From assembly GCF_009914755.1 (NCBI RefSeq), contig NC_060940.1: 64,000 nt of DNA; one strand, written 5' to 3'. The notes under the pieces were generated by a model, which was not told the DNA's origin, ran no database searches, and saw nothing but the letters and a program-made list of their open reading frames with translations. The translations under genes and the position numbers were made by a program. The DNA comes from the human T2T-CHM13v2.0 reference genome, Homo sapiens. Shown here piece by piece: positions 13,625 to 29,627 of the stretch; positions within the stretch are counted from its first letter, which is position 1, and each line of letters opens with the position of its first letter.

Positions 13625-15960
13625 ATTCACGATTCATTTGTTGAACGGATACTTATTCAAGCACCTTCTATGTGCCAGGCACTGTTCTGGGTACTAGGAA
13701 TAGATAAAGCAAGGAACAAAAGATCACAAATCCCCACCCTTAGGGTAAACAGACAACCAAATAGAGAGTGTGCCGGGTGGTGATGAATAATGTGATGATG
13801 GGGGTGCTGGGGAGATAAGGAGAGACGTGTCTTTTAAATGAGGTGGTCTGGGGATACGCAGATGACATTTGGACAGAGATCTGAAAGAATTGAGGGTGTG
13901 AGCCATGAAGATATCTATCTATGGGAAGAAAATTTGACCAAGGCAGCCAGTATCACTCCAACAGCAATGGCCGAGGCAGACAGGGTGTGGCCAGAGACCA
14001 GCGTCTGTAGAGCCTTGTAAGAAGTTAGGCTTTGTATTACTGCTAAGGGAAGGAGCTGCTGTAACATTTTTGAGCTGATATGTTAGAAACAGTAGGGCGC
14101 AAAGGTAGAAGCAGAGACAGGTAAAATGCACAGCAGGAGACAGTGGCAGCTGGGGAGATAACAGAAGTGGTTGGATTCTGGCTGCATTTGAAGGCTAAGC
14201 TGCCAGGATTTGTGGACAAGTTGGATATGTGGTGTGAAGAAGAGGAGTTGTGAACCATCTACTGTTGTGTGTCTAAGTGACTAGCAACTTGCAGTTGCCA
14301 CGTCCTGTAATGGAAAGGAGTACACCTGGAGTGTGAGGTGCTGTGCAGGCACCGCGTGATGTCCTAGAGGCAGCTGGATAGATGAGTGCAGACCTTAGGA
14401 GAGAGGTCTAGGTTGGGAATAGAAATGTGGGTCATCGGTGTATAAATGGCATTTAAAGCCATGAAACCCGGTTAAATTACCTAGGGTCTAAGTACAGGTG
14501 AAAAAGCTGTGCAAGAAGTGAGTTCTTGGGAACCTCCAACATTTTAGAGAGGAGAACCAGCAAAGGAGACTCAGCAAAAACAGCTAGCAAGAGTGAGGCA
14601 AGGCAGCCCTGAAGCCAGACACGATGTTTCAAGAAGAAGGGAGAGGGCAACTGTATCAAAGGCTGCTGTGCCTCAGTTAAGATGAGTGCTGGGAACTGGC
14701 CTCGGTTTAACGTTGAAGCACAGTGACCTTGACAAGAACAGTTTCTGAAAGCTTAGTTGGAGTGGGCACAAGAGAGCCTGAAAGGCAGAGCTGGAGATGG
14801 TATTATAGAAAGCTTTTCTTGAGAGCCCACAGAAATGAGTCTGTAGCTTGATTAGACTGTAGGGTCAAGGAAGGCTGTTTGTGATCCAGTGGGAGTGATC
14901 CAGGAGAAGAGTGGGGAACCACAGCCAGGTGTGGGCAAGGGAGTACAGAAACCAGTTGAGTAGGGAAGGGCCAGCCTGAGACAGCAACACCAGCAGGAAG
15001 GAAAACGCAGAGTCTCGGTGCAGGCAGGCACTCAGCTCTGTGCTGATCACTTATACGTTCTCAATGTTTAGGCAGTGAGGTCATCAGTTGACAGTGAGGA
15101 TGGGGGTGAAATACTATAGGTTTGGAGAGAGAAGAAAAGATAGACAGTATTCTGTAAGAGTAGGAAAATTAAAGGACCAGAAAAATGTAACAGGATGGCC
15201 ACGTAGCACTGATGAGCCCTTGAAGTTGGTGGTCACAAGTTTAAAGTGAGACTTGTCAGCATGGTTTTATGTTTTTCCTGTAGCCACTTTCAGTTATATG
15301 AGTACAGGCATGAAGTGGACCACTGGTTCTCAGCAGGGGTAAGTTTGCCTCCCACCACAGACATTTGGCAATGTCTGGAGACGTTTCTGGTTGTCACAAT
15401 GCGGGGGACGAGGTGGGTGGGTGGAGGTTGCTAGGGGTATCTAATGTGTAGTGGCCAAGGATGCCACTGAACATCCAACAGTGCACGGGATGGGCTCCCA
15501 CAACACAATTACTTAGCTCAAAACATCAGTAGAGACACTGTCGAGAGGCAGAAGGAGACAGAATTAGGTAAAGGTTTTGCCAGGTGTCTATGACAAAGGG
15601 GGGGACTGTGCAAGTGAGGGGACCGTGGGATATAGCTTGGTAAGGAGGGAAGTGAGGAACATGTAAAGGTTGTAACAGAAAAGGATTGTAGGTCTCAGTG
15701 GCATCAAATAATTGTTGTAGTTGGCATCCTGGATGGAGTGAATTGACAAAATACGTGGTGGGTATCAGAGATTGGGATGCTGGGAAGCGAGGGAGGTTCA
15801 AATAATTACAAGATCTAGGCTATCATCACACAGTGACTGGCTGAGAGAGGAGATGAGATACCTGGAAGCAATGAAGTCGAGGAACTAAGAGACCAGAATG
15901 TTAGAAGGATTGTACATGTGGATATTAAAATCATCAAGAACAGTCACTAAAGTTATGTTG
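13625..15960 (-). mobile_element. Degraded L2 LINE fragments
   Basis: Reverse L2 3' end (CATTTGTTGAA...CTATGTGCCAGGCACTGTTCTGGGTACT) followed by a purine-rich L2 body. Confidence 0.65.
15321..15530. mobile_element. MER20 (hAT) relic
   Basis: GACATTTGGCAATGTCTGGAGAC...GGTTGTCACAA...GGCCAAGGATGC signature. Confidence 0.75.
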
Positions 15961-16159
15961 AAGAAAGTAAAGAGCATTGGGATTGTCATATGTGTCGTAG
16001 AAGTCAGTAAAGAACTAGGAGGCCAGGTCCTGATGCTCAAGTCTGAAAGCATGAGATGAGATTAACAACCAATCATTTCCAATACATAATTACTTTTTAT
16101 AAATTCTTATTTACCAGTGTTTAAAAATAGGCTCCTAGTTAATTGGATTATATTATGTC

Positions 16160-16356
16160 CAGTAGTATGCCGGTAAATGTTTAATAACTGGCTGGGCTCA
16201 GAGGGCAGATTATAGCCTTTGCCAATTCCCATGGTGTAAATATTCCCACAGTGGCCAGTTTCAGGCTACCGGTGTGATATTGCTGAATGCACAATTGGGA
16301 GAAACAGCACACGTTTGGTTCTCATGAGTAAGAGCTGGCTCCAGCACCCCGCTGGC
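16160..16356. mobile_element. MER63-like hAT relic
   Basis: GGTAAATGTTTAA...CATGGTGTAAATATTCCCAC...GCTGGCTCCAGCAC signature. Confidence 0.6.
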
Positions 16357-17505
16357 TATGTCCGTAAACTGTTATGTAAAAATGGCCATAAAAATCTTGT
16401 TGCAGAATCATTCTTTTATACCAGGGATTTAAGAATTCATGACATGTCAGATGAAGAGAGAAAGGCACATTTCTAATAAGCATATATGGTATCATCCCAA
16501 TTATATTAAAACATATCCAAAGGAAGGATATAAACAAGAATGTTAATAGTCACATTCTATGAATGTTAGAATAGCCTAACATTAGAAATGAGACTATTCC
16601 TAACCTGCAGAATGCAGTGAGTTTTGTTTTATTCTTCTTTGGTTGCAGTGTCCTAATTCTTTGGATATGAATATAGATAATGTGATCATATCAATAGCTC
16701 CATTTAATTGAGTACTTCTCAAAGTCTTTGTATTAAGTTGGGTATGTTCCCTACAGAAGCTTAGCAATACTTTCGTATATTTTCTTTTTTGTTTGTTTGG
16801 ATGGGTTTTTTTCAGATGACGCTATCTTAGAATCTGAATACTGAAAAGTATAAAGTGATCTGATAACTTAAAAACTGAGAAGACAACAAGACCTCAGGAA
16901 AACATCATCTGATTCCTAATCTTGAGATGAGGGATACATGGTCTCACATCCCAGTTTCAAAGGAAAAATGTAGTATTTGAAAAATTTTCAAATTCATGTT
17001 CATATCATTCAGTATTTGTTTTTGTATTATATTGCTTAAAGATAGTTTATATTGTTTTCTTCTCATTGGAAGCATTTTTTCATTTTTACATATTCTCCAC
17101 AGAATTTTTAGGTATTACATGGTTTTGGTGAAGTATACTTAACCTTTTCCCATTGTATATTTAGCATGCAGCTTGTTTTTTACTAGGAGATTGTATGTGT
17201 AAGCACTTGGTAGTGTGTTCACACGGGAGACCCAAGGTCAGCGTGCATTGAGTTTGAACAGCTCATGCTGAGCATCTTGCCCATACCCTGAGGGAACAGT
17301 GCAGCAGGAGAAAATTTATTGGTCAAAGTTAATATGCAAACGTTTTCATGGCTTTTGAAACGAATTTAGCATATTGCTTTCCAAAGTGGCTGTACCCGTA
17401 TCTAAGGTACATTTCTTTTTAATTTCAAATCATTTAGTCACGCAGTACAAAAGATTTTATGTGGTGACATCTCTTTAAATGTTATTTTCTTTTTCTCAAA
17501 AATAG

Positions 17506-17753
17506 CAAAGCCATCCCAAGAATCCAAATGACAAACACCGTAGCAAAAAGTGCAAAGATCCCAAACCACGGGTAAAGAAGTTAAAGTACCACCAATACAT
17601 TCCACCAGATCAGAAGGGTGAGAAGAATGAGCCGCAGATGGACTCTAACTACGCCCGCCTGCTCCAGCAGCAGCAGCTGTTCCTGCAACTGCAGATCCTG
17701 AGTCAGCAGAAGCAGCACTACAACTACCAGACCATCCTGCCTGCACCATTCAA
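17506..17753 (+). CDS. MRTFB: MRTFB exon encoding the B1 basic region (KPRVKKLKYHQYIPPDQK) and Q-rich region (YARLLQQQQLFLQLQIL)
   Basis: Hallmark myocardin-family motif; acceptor ttctcaaaaatag|, donor AA|gtacgg; 248 nt, phase 0-2. Confidence 0.97.
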
Positions 17754-19233
17754 GTACGGCGGGGCCCATGCTATCCTCAACGCGGGGTTTTCTGTGGTTT
17801 TTTATGAGGAACTATAAGTTACCAAAAGTTGAATGTTGTCATTTATTTGTGCTCAGTAATGATTTTCATTTCTTTGTTATCAGAGCTTATCACACAGTGT
17901 CTGAAGTCCACATGGTGAGAGTGGCCTGCATTCCATTCCAGTTTCTGTCCTCCAAAATAGGTTCTGAATTTTTACAAGTTAGAAATGCCTTTTCACAATT
18001 ATTCATCCAGATTTGCCTATTATTAGAACACCAAAATAGTACTAGATGCTCTGAGAAAAGCGTAAGTAGTATAATACCTGGCATAAACAGCTAAAAGAAG
18101 AGAAGGATGGGCATGAAAGCTGGAGTGGTCAAAGGAAAGCCTGGTGGAAAAGACAGGATCTTTGTATATAGAAGGCTCGAGAAGGGCCTTTCCAGGCACA
18201 GGGGAATGCTGTGAGCACTAGTACAGAGGAAGGAATAGAGTAAGTAGTGCCTCTTCATTGGAAGGTGAGAAAAATTGCCTAAACAAAGAATCTGATTAAT
18301 TTTTAAGTAAAAAGTGGAAGACAAAAATCGAGTACAGCCAATGTCTAAGGGGACTTGAAGCTGGGCAGAAGACCTTACTCAACACAGCAGATAGACAACG
18401 GAGTGCTTCAGAGCAGGCTGCTGACGCAGTGAGGCCAAAATATAAGAAAAAACAGCTGGATGCTGGTGTTGAAGGGACGTCTGGAGACAATGAAGAGCTC
18501 TGGCAGCAGAGTGAGTGTTTCAGAAGACAGTTAAAGGCCTTGGTGACGAACAACTGCGGAGAAGGAAGGTGTTTTCAAAGTTTGAACCCAACTGTGGGGG
18601 ACGGAAGGGAGTGAATTCTGACAATTTCTGAAACTGAATTCACAGCAAGACATCAATGGCTAATTTTAATTACGTAATAAAGAAAATTTCTGGATATACA
18701 TTCCCAATATGCTTTTTCTGGGAAACAGAGATAAAAATGCAAAGATCTTGTCTTCATTTTCCTCACTTTTCATGAAAAAGAAATATTTGCATTTAACTCT
18801 AGAAAGAGATGCAAAAGCTCATTATAATGAAAAATTATTAGCCATGATCAGGTTATTCAACTTATGATTATACGACCTGTAGAAACTTCTGCTTTCTACA
18901 TGTCGCGTAAGCATTCCCTCATAGGTAGCCCCTCTTTTCCCTCTTAAGATTCAAATATCTTGAGGAAGATTAAACCTATTAGTAATTCAGACCTGATTGT
19001 GAAGTACTTAAATCTAAAACATCAGGGCATGGAGATGAAGAGAGAAAGAACTTTGTATCCAGTTACTATTTTAAGAGCAGGCAGGCCCGAGTGAGCTATT
19101 GACATTGGAAGGGAATCAGGGGATACCAAAGAGAATTGGAAGAGAATCACAGACAAGCTGCTGCTACTTTGCAGCTTTGTCCAGGCCTTAGGGAGGCCTC
19201 CTCCACTGCCATCCTCCTTTGGCATTGGGCACC

Positions 19234-19275
<42 letters not shown>
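19234..19275 (+). repeat. (AAT)n microsatellite, ~14 units, adjoining a MIR relic
   Basis: Direct reading. Confidence 0.95.
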
Positions 19276-19276
<1 letters not shown>

Positions 19277-20929
19277 GTAATGATGTCTCACAGTTACTAC
19301 TTACAATGCGTTGTGCTTAAAACCGTGCATCATCCTCATCCTCGCCTCAAGTCTAGGAGGAATTGCTGTTATTGACCCCATTCCCAGATGAGGACGCTGT
19401 TATAAAAAAAAATCCTTTGGGATTTTCACCTTATCTTTGAAACAGTCTTTTCTGTAATGAAAGAATTTGGCTGTGCGACTGGCTTTGTAGATAGGAAGAA
19501 TCCATCAGAGGTGTGGGCTTGCTGAACTGTTACCAGTTCTTTGTCTTTCCATTAAGGCTTCAATTCCCCTCTCCTCCTCAGACATTCAGCACCTCTACAA
19601 TAACCAAGCTCACCCAAGAATAGTATCATACAAAAAGACCCAGGATATTAGAAGGAGAAAGAACACTTATTTTTGTGTATTATTTAACCACAAAAAGAAT
19701 ATAAGTCCTGTTCAATTTCCAGATCCTAAAAATGGAGGCCTTGTTTCCTAACGCATTGTTTATATTTATCAAAATTCCATTACAAGAAACTGAATGTGGA
19801 AGTCATAGAGTGCCCATAGTGGTGGGAGTTTACCTGAATCATGTAGCCCTTTGCCACCACAAAGGAGCAAGCGCCCAAAGGGACTAGGCTTTAGTCCAGC
19901 CCAGCTTGTCTGCACAATGGGAGGTCACTGGAGGTCCCCGAAGGCCACTGCATCCCTCTGAACGCAGGTCTCTCATCTGCCGATCACATTCGTTAGCAAC
20001 CTCTCTCTTTTTTCTCCCCTCTATTGATTTGGGAGAAAAATAGATTAACATGTTTCTGTTATTTTAAAGATTGAGTAAAATACCAAACTGTTCATTTTAA
20101 TAGGTAGAGTATTATAGAATCTCAACAGGAAAAAAAAAACATCCTGAGTAGAATAATTACATTCATTTTCAAGGGGGTAATACCACTCACAAGGAAGCAA
20201 AAGGTGGCTCAGCAGGGAGACTACTCTTACGTAATAAAGCACAGACTTACCTGCGGTCCATAAACACATGCTTTATCTCTGTGGTGTTGAAACTTCATGG
20301 GGAGAGAGATGTGGAGAAAAATGTCTAAAAGGCTCTTTCGGGGGACAATAATGAATGAAAATAAGGTGGAGAAACACTGATTTAAAGAAAATGTTTTCAT
20401 AACTCTGAGATTTTACAGTTGAATTTTTATAAAGGATAATAATGATGCATAAAATATTTGCCACTTCATCCAATGATAAGAAACTTCATCCCAAAGATTT
20501 CAATTATTTAACTTCAACAAAATTCAGCCAGGTTTTAGAAGACCCCAAAATGAATGTCAAGAGTTAGCTAGTGACAAAGCCAGCATTGGCTTCAACCACA
20601 GGCTTCCCAGAACTCTTCAGAGAAAGCTCACCCAACTATGGCTGTCACCCCGTAGGCACTGTCACCTCAAATCCCTGTTTCAGAATGTGGAATTCCAAGT
20701 CTCTTGGCTTCAGCACCAAGGCTTTGTGTGATAATAAAGCCTGAAGCTGCAATGGAATCGGCTGTACGGTAGCAACCATCCAGAAAGGAAACACCACTGT
20801 TACCAAGAGTATCACAGTTGGAAGATGTTAGGTGGGGATCTCGTTTTAATACTGAAAGTTTAGGGAAATTAGTACAAAGCACCTAACTGTAGTAGAATTT
20901 GACAAGTGATGCACCAACTTCTTTTAAGT

Positions 20930-22700
<1,771 letters not shown>

Positions 22701-22790
22701 TCTTCATAAGTTAGTCAAATTGTTAATAGAAGCAATGTCAAATCTAGAAATTATTTTATTATAAACTCTAATTTTTGTTTTCTTTTGAAG

Positions 22791-22923
22791 GCCACTCAAT
22801 GACAAAAATAGTAACAGTGGGAATTCAGCTTTGAACAATGCCACACCTAACACACCAAGACAGAATACATCTACTCCTGTGAGAAAGCCAGGACCTCTGC
22901 CTTCTAGCCTGGATGACTTAAAG
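22791..22923 (+). CDS. MRTFB: MRTFB exon (PLNDKNSNSG...PGPLPSSLDDLK), start of the SAP domain
   Basis: tttttgttttcttttgaag| acceptor, AAG|gtgaca donor; 133 nt, phase 2-0 restores the frame. Confidence 0.96.
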
Positions 22924-23214
22924 GTGACAATTGCAACTGGAGCTTATTCACCCCTAAGTACCACAAACATGTAAATGATTTGCCAGCGTTGTCTAGCAGA
23001 CATTAAGTAGTTTTCAGTAGACATTCAACTTTACCAACAATATGATAATCTTTATAAAAGGTATTTTCTTTTTACTTCCACTAAGTTTTCTTGTAAAACA
23101 ACCAATAACTGTCATTTACTGAGTGTGTACCTTGTGCAGGCACCTACCAGTTCTGCTGGATTCCAGAGGCTGTGATTTTTTTCTTCCCTGCTCAATGCCA
23201 AGTTTGGGAAAAGC

Positions 23215-23465
23215 AGGAAAATGTAACAGTTAAGAATATGAGCTCTAGGGCCAGCCTTTTTAGGTTTCTACCACAGCTCAGCCTTCTATTATCTGTGGTA
23301 CCTTCAGTGAGTGCTTCAGCCTCTCTCTTCTTTGCCTCCCGATCTGTAAAATGGGAAGAATAATGATACGGACACCTCATGGGGTCGTGTGAAGATGAGT
23401 GGAAAGAGTAGAGCATTTCCAAAAGTGTCTTGCACAAGGCAACTACTCAATAAATGCAGCTGTAT
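23215..23465 (+). mobile_element. MIR
   Basis: MIR core ATCTGTAAAATGGGAAGAATAATGATAC..ACCTCATGGGGTCGTGTGAAGAT. Confidence 0.75.
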
Positions 23466-23735
23466 CATCATCATAATTCCTGGTAGTATCTCTCTGCTTT
23501 GACGTAAAAGCGGAATTACCCTCTAAAAACCCTTACCGTATCACTGGCTCCTCAAGTGCTTCTAGTCTGTAGTTATCTGTTTCTGTGTGCTTAAATATAA
23601 AACCAGTTCTACTTTCAGGTGTGCCGTAACGCAGAGTTGTCTGACAGACATAGGCACCTTTCCCATCACAAAAGCGTACTGTAGATTTGCCAGAAAGCTC
23701 TAATACTAAGATATCTGCTTTGTTTGTACCTCCAG

Positions 23736-24770
23736 GTATCAGAACTGAAGACAGAACTGAAGTTAAGGGGTCTGCCAGTGTCAGGCACCAAACCGGACCT
23801 CATTGAGCGCCTAAAACCCTACCAGGAAGTGAACAGCAGCGGCCTTGCTGCTGGGGGCATCGTGGCAGTGTCATCATCAGCCATTGTCACCAGTAACCCA
23901 GAAGTCACTGTGGCCTTGCCGGTTACAACACTACACAACACTGTGACTAGCTCAGTCTCTACTCTCAAGGCAGAATTGCCACCTACAGGAACCAGCAACG
24001 CAACCCGTGTGGAAAATGTTCATTCCCCTCTGCCCATTTCACCATCTCCCTCCGAACAGTCCAGTCTCAGTACTGATGACACAAACATGGCAGACACTTT
24101 CACCGAGATTATGACCATGATGTCGCCTTCACAGTTCTTGAGTTCATCTCCTTTGAGAATGACAAATAATGAAGACAGTCTGAGTCCCACCAGCAGCACT
24201 CTGTCAAACCTGGAACTGGATGCAGCCGAAAAGGATCGCAAGCTTCAGGAGAAAGAGAAGCAAATCGAAGAGCTGAAGAGGAAACTGGAACAAGAGCAGA
24301 AGCTCGTGGAAGTGCTGAAAATGCAACTTGAGGTTGAAAAACGAGGGCAGCAGCAGCGGCCCCTGGAAGCCCAGCCCAGTGCCCCAGGTCATTCTGTCAA
24401 GTCAGATCAGAAGCACGGCAGCCTTGGCTCCTCCATCAAAGATGAGGCCTCACTCCCTGACTGCTCCAGCTCCAGGCAGCCCATCCCAGTAGCCAGCCAC
24501 GCTGTAGGCCAGCCCGTCTCTACAGGTGGCCAGACCCTTGTTGCCAAAAAGGCTGTAGTTATCAAGCAAGAGGTCCCTGTGGGCCAGGCAGAGCAGCAGA
24601 GTGTCGTCTCGCAGTTTTATGTGAGTTCCCAGGGACAGCCACCGCCTGCTGTTGTTGCTCAGCCCCAGGCTTTACTGACCACGCAGACTGCTCAGCTGCT
24701 GCTCCCAGTGTCCATCCAGGGCTCGAGTGTCACCTCAGTGCAACTCCCTGTAGGCAGCCTCAAACTCCAG
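23736..24770 (+). CDS. MRTFB: Large MRTFB exon: SAP domain (VSELKTELKLRGLPVSGTKPDLIERL), Ser/Pro-rich region, leucine zipper (LDAAEKDRKLQEKEKQIEELKRKLEQEQKLVEVLKMQLE)
   Basis: ORF 23724-24776; acceptor cctccag|, donor CAG|gtgtga; 1035 nt, phase 0-0. Confidence 0.98.
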
Positions 24771-26188
24771 GTGTGAAGTGTGTCTTCTAACTACTTTGCC
24801 TTACAGCATGCATGGAATGCAAACCCTGCTAAGGAAGGCACCATACCTGAGCTCTTCCATAAATGCGTCCAGAGCAGACCCCACGGAGAAAACGTATGCA
24901 TGTGTGAGAGGGTTATTCAGAAATCTGAATATCTAGCACTGTTTTTATATAGTGAAAAAAACACAGGATGCTTTTCTAGTCCTGTTACCTTTTCCCTTGA
25001 ATGAACACAGTATCATCCATGCAGACATTTTTTTACACACCAGTGACGTGATCATTGTGATCATAGTCTGCCGCTGAGCACTTTCTGGCAAGGCACAGCA
25101 TCTAGTACTTTAAATGGCCGGCTTCACTTAATCCTCCCTTCTCCTAGAAGATCTAAGTGATACCACCCATCTCTGGATAAGGACGCTGAGGCCTAGGAGT
25201 ACTCAGGGAGTTCCCCCAAGGATGGAGCTGGCATTTAAACCCAGGTGTTCTGCCCGCAGAGCCTTTATTCTTATGCCCATTCTTATATTCTGCCTCCCAC
25301 ATTTAGTTCTTGAAAGTCACTGCTTATATGAAGATGTCTAAACTAAGGAAAACATGACCACAAATTTAGGAGTGAGGATGTAATTGAAAGAGATGAGAAA
25401 ACACTGATGAGCATGAAATTCCCTTTTGTGCGTACATAACCTATGTATTTACCGTGTCATGCAGTTTTGGTAAGTTTTCACCAAACATGGAGCACGAGTG
25501 AACAAGAAACCATTTGAAGCAGTGCTCCTCAGCCTCGACACCCAAATACCTGAAACAGGCGAGAGGAATCATCTCGTACCCCTGTGGTTAGGAGGCAGGG
25601 CCCACAGACCCTTTGGCAGATGCAAAAATTCTGATTCCTCTGTTTTATCTTTAGGGTATCTGTGAAATTGAAAGTCTATTCCATAATAAATCCTTAAATT
25701 TTTTGGTCCAAATCTTCCATTGCTGTAGTAGAAACGAGAACCGTGTTTTTATCCTTGGGTCTGAGGGCGCCCTGGCCCCATTGCTGGCTCTCCCTAGGGA
25801 ATGCACACACCGCTTGCAAGCAGCAATTGGGACAGTTAGGTCTCACGAGTTGCCTTGCTGTTATTCAAGTATTACAGTACCTGAGCTATTATGTGTAGAA
25901 CTGCCTTAGGTTCTTATTATTTCCATTTCCATTTTCTCAAAATTTTCAAATGAAAAATCTTAGCTACTTAGGAATAATAAGAGCATGCAGTGACTGGTCT
26001 GATGTTTCCCTCTCTGGTTTAGAATCATTAAAGTTCAGATTTCTGTGCAGATGAAGTGTGTATCTGTAACCTTGGTCTTATTTCATTTAGATACAATCCC
26101 CAAGTGACCAGTGATTCTACACCTAAGTTCTGATTTCTAACTTTGATTCTGACAATTAAATTGATGTTTTTTTCAATTCACCTCCTAG

Positions 26189-26344
26189 ACTTCACCACAA
26201 GCAGGAATGCAGACTCAGCCTCAGATAGCAACTGCTGCACAAATACCAACTGCTGCCTTGGCCTCAGGCTTGGCCCCAACTGTACCTCAGACACAAGACA
26301 CGTTCCCGCAGCATGTGCTCAGTCAGCCTCAACAAGTCAGAAAG
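26189..26344 (+). CDS. MRTFB: MRTFB exon (TSPQAGMQTQPQ...QPQQVRK)
   Basis: cctcctag| acceptor, AAG|gtttgt donor; 156 nt, phase 0-0, open. Confidence 0.93.
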
Positions 26345-28357
26345 GTTTGTAAATGCCAAGGAGCAATAGAATGTCGCTGATTTTTACCATCCTCCGATCA
26401 TCCATTCAACAAGCATCTTTGTAAACGCCCTGGGAAGTTCCTGTTCATTCTTTTCTGTGATCCATCTCCCATAGAATGAGCCTTAGGTCAGATGCCATTT
26501 GGCTGCAGATTTCCCAGTTATTTGGAATGGAGAAAGACCTTTTCATTACTGAAAGATAGCTCGCCTTCGCAGTTAACCCCTTTTCCAAGGGAAAGTTTCA
26601 AAAGTATTTGTTTTCAATCCTCATATATTAAATTTACTGAATTTTAAAATAAATGTTTTCAAATTAAACATACTGTGGAAAAAAAGATATGCTGTTCCCT
26701 TGGAAAAGGTATTTGAAGATGAAAAAGATACTCCCAAAATGTTTATGCTGAGTAAGATCTTGAAATACATTTGTAAGACTTTGCCATCTCAGATTAAGAG
26801 CCCAGAAGGTCTTATCAATTCCAGTTCACCATTGCCTAGGTGTTTGGCCTCATGCAGAATTCACTTACCTTCTCTGAGAGTCAGTTACCTCATCTTTAAA
26901 ATGAAGTTGGTGGTCTAGGATTCAGTGTCCTCTACACAAATAACTACCAAAAAAATTCTCCCGCATTCCCCGGTAGCCAGTAGGTGGAGCTATGTGCACA
27001 TCTCCTTGCCAGAAAAATCTTATGCCTCAAAAATAGGTCTTACTCTTTTAAACCTTGAAAATTATTAATCCCAGAGTTTTACTCTTCAACATGAAAGAAC
27101 CCAGGTAATGAGTTGTGCCTGTGATCTGCCTCAGGATAGTGTGAACTGTCTGGGTGAAACCAGCTTTGGGGACAGCTGCAGTCACATGTAACACGTGTGC
27201 TGCTTCAGAATCTCCTCTGCGAGAGGAATCATGGTTGTATGTTACTGAGTTTGGGGAAAGCTCGAAATACCATTTTAGTGTAATTAAAAGCTTAGTAAAT
27301 GTTCCAATGTTAAGACAATTTGTTTTAGGGAGGAAAGGAAAAAATAATATGTAGATAGGATAAATAAGGGCTTTTTCACTAAGTCTGTAAACACTAGAAT
27401 TAGGAATCATTACTTCTAGTTTAAAGGAAGTAATTTTTTACCAAATTTAAGGAAAATTAATTTTTTCAAATAGGAGTATATTTACAGAACTCATCACCAT
27501 GGAGATTGTACTGTTTGAGGTATATACACATAGACTTTCCTGCTTATGAAATACAGAGGTTTTTTAGAATATTAGTGGTATAGAACGTGTTAAGTATTTT
27601 TGAGCAAACCAAGTTCTATGAAATACAGTTACAATATCAGCAGTATGGCCACATATTTGTAAAAGACCCTAAAACTTGTGGCTCTTGATGGAGGTGCTAA
27701 ACAAAACATTTTGGAGTTCCACAGCAAGAAGTTCTCACCTTTGCCTGTTGGAACAGAAAACAGCCTCTCCAAAGGGGACCAGTTTTACATGGGGCCTTGC
27801 TTGTATTTGAAGACATTTTCAAGAAACTGGAAAATTGAGTGTGACCACAGCAGGTTGAGGTTTTAGGTAGGATGGAAAGGGGGCCAGGTAGTAAGAAGCT
27901 TACATGCCAGCCAAAGATTAGGGTTTTACCCAAATCAGGAGAGCCAAGGAGTGTGGTAGGGGCCATGCCTTGAGAACACGTTGTGGCAGGGGGTCTATGC
28001 CGCAAGGCTGCTGCAGAATCCCTGTGATAGATAGTGAAGGCCAGGCGCAGGACAGCAGAGAGCAGAGGCAGATTCAAGCGGCGTCGCTGAGATGTGTGAA
28101 CACTGAGGGAGAAAGCAGAGTTGACTGATAGTCCTATTTACCTAAGTTTTAAAAAAAGCAGAACCAAGAATTATTTTCCCTCAGAAGCTGAGAGGCAGGG
28201 GGTAATGGGAAAAAGGAGAAAAATCGTTTGGAATATTTTAAATTTGAGATACCTAAGATGATGATGTAAGTGGCTTTGACGCCTGGGAGCAAGGTTGGAA
28301 GTAGAGCAGTGGCTTGGGATTATTAGCTTAGTCATGGCCATTGAAGACTTGAGAGTA

Positions 28358-28711
<354 letters not shown>

Positions 28712-28823
28712 CTATCATTTAAGAGGAGAATTATAAAGAGCAAGCACTGTTTTTCCACAAAGCTCTGTCTGTACCACCATCAAAGGCAAGTTACTGCGTA
28801 AAGGGACCACATATGCTCGAAAA

Positions 28824-29047
28824 TAGGGGTAAGCAAACCCTGGCCTGTGGGCCAAATCTAACCCACCACCTGTTTGTATGGATAAAGTTTTATTGGCACA
28901 CAGCCACACCCATTTATCCATGTACTGTCTGTGGCTGCTTTCAGGCTGCAATGGCAGAGCCAAGTGGTAACAACAGAGGCCAGGTGACCCACAAATCATA
29001 AGCTATATACTCTGCAGCCCTTTACAGAAAAAGTTTGCTGACCCCTG
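28824..29047. mobile_element. MER58A-like hAT MITE
   Basis: AGGGGTAAGCAAAC...AAAGTTTTATTGGCACACAGCC...GTTTGCTGACCCCTG terminal inverted repeats. Confidence 0.8.
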
Positions 29048-29124
29048 TCCTAAAACATGGTTTTCTTTACTTCATTAAGAAAAGCCAAAGAACAAATTAA
29101 TGGAGAAACATTTATTCATTACAG

Positions 29125-29286
29125 GTTTTCACAAACTCAGCATCATCAAATACAGTTCTTCCATATCAGAGACATCCTGCCCCAGCTGTCCAGCAGCCCT
29201 TTATCAATAAGGCCTCCAACAGTGTTCTTCAATCCAGAAATGCTCCGCTTCCATCCCTGCAAAATGGACCTAACACACCCAACAAG
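29125..29286 (+). CDS. MRTFB: MRTFB exon (VFTNSASSNTVLPYQRHP...NGPNTPNK)
   Basis: ttcattacag| acceptor, AAG|gtaacc donor; 162 nt, phase 0-0. Confidence 0.93.
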
Positions 29287-29627
29287 GTAACCCTGTGAGG
29301 CTTGTGTGTCAGTGACAGTGCCGCAGGGGCATCAAATCATTCCAAAGCCTAGTGCTTTGGGCTTGGAGTGACTAATGTTAATGGGATAAAATTGTTGAAA
29401 ATACAGTGATAACTTGTGAAGGAGGAGCTCAGCTATTATCACAGTGAAGATGATCGTTCGCACATAAGGTGGCCACCAGTGCTGTCAGCCTCACAGGTGC
29501 TTAAAAGAACCTGCTCATGAATTCCCTGATTTGGCCACTACATAGAGAACAGCAGAGCCGAGTCTAGCCAGGAAAAGAGAGGTTTATTGCCAAGAGGTAA
29601 TGTGCACTCCTCCTTTATTTGACACAG

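Noticed and set aside
19022-19375. Poly-Tyr / poly-Ile ORFs
   Set aside because: Artefacts of the (AAT)n microsatellite
23731-23742. Recursive-splice-like AG|GT at exon starts (also at 29125)
   Set aside because: The reconstituted donors (AAG/GTATCA, AAG/GTTTTC) are weak and the preceding introns are short
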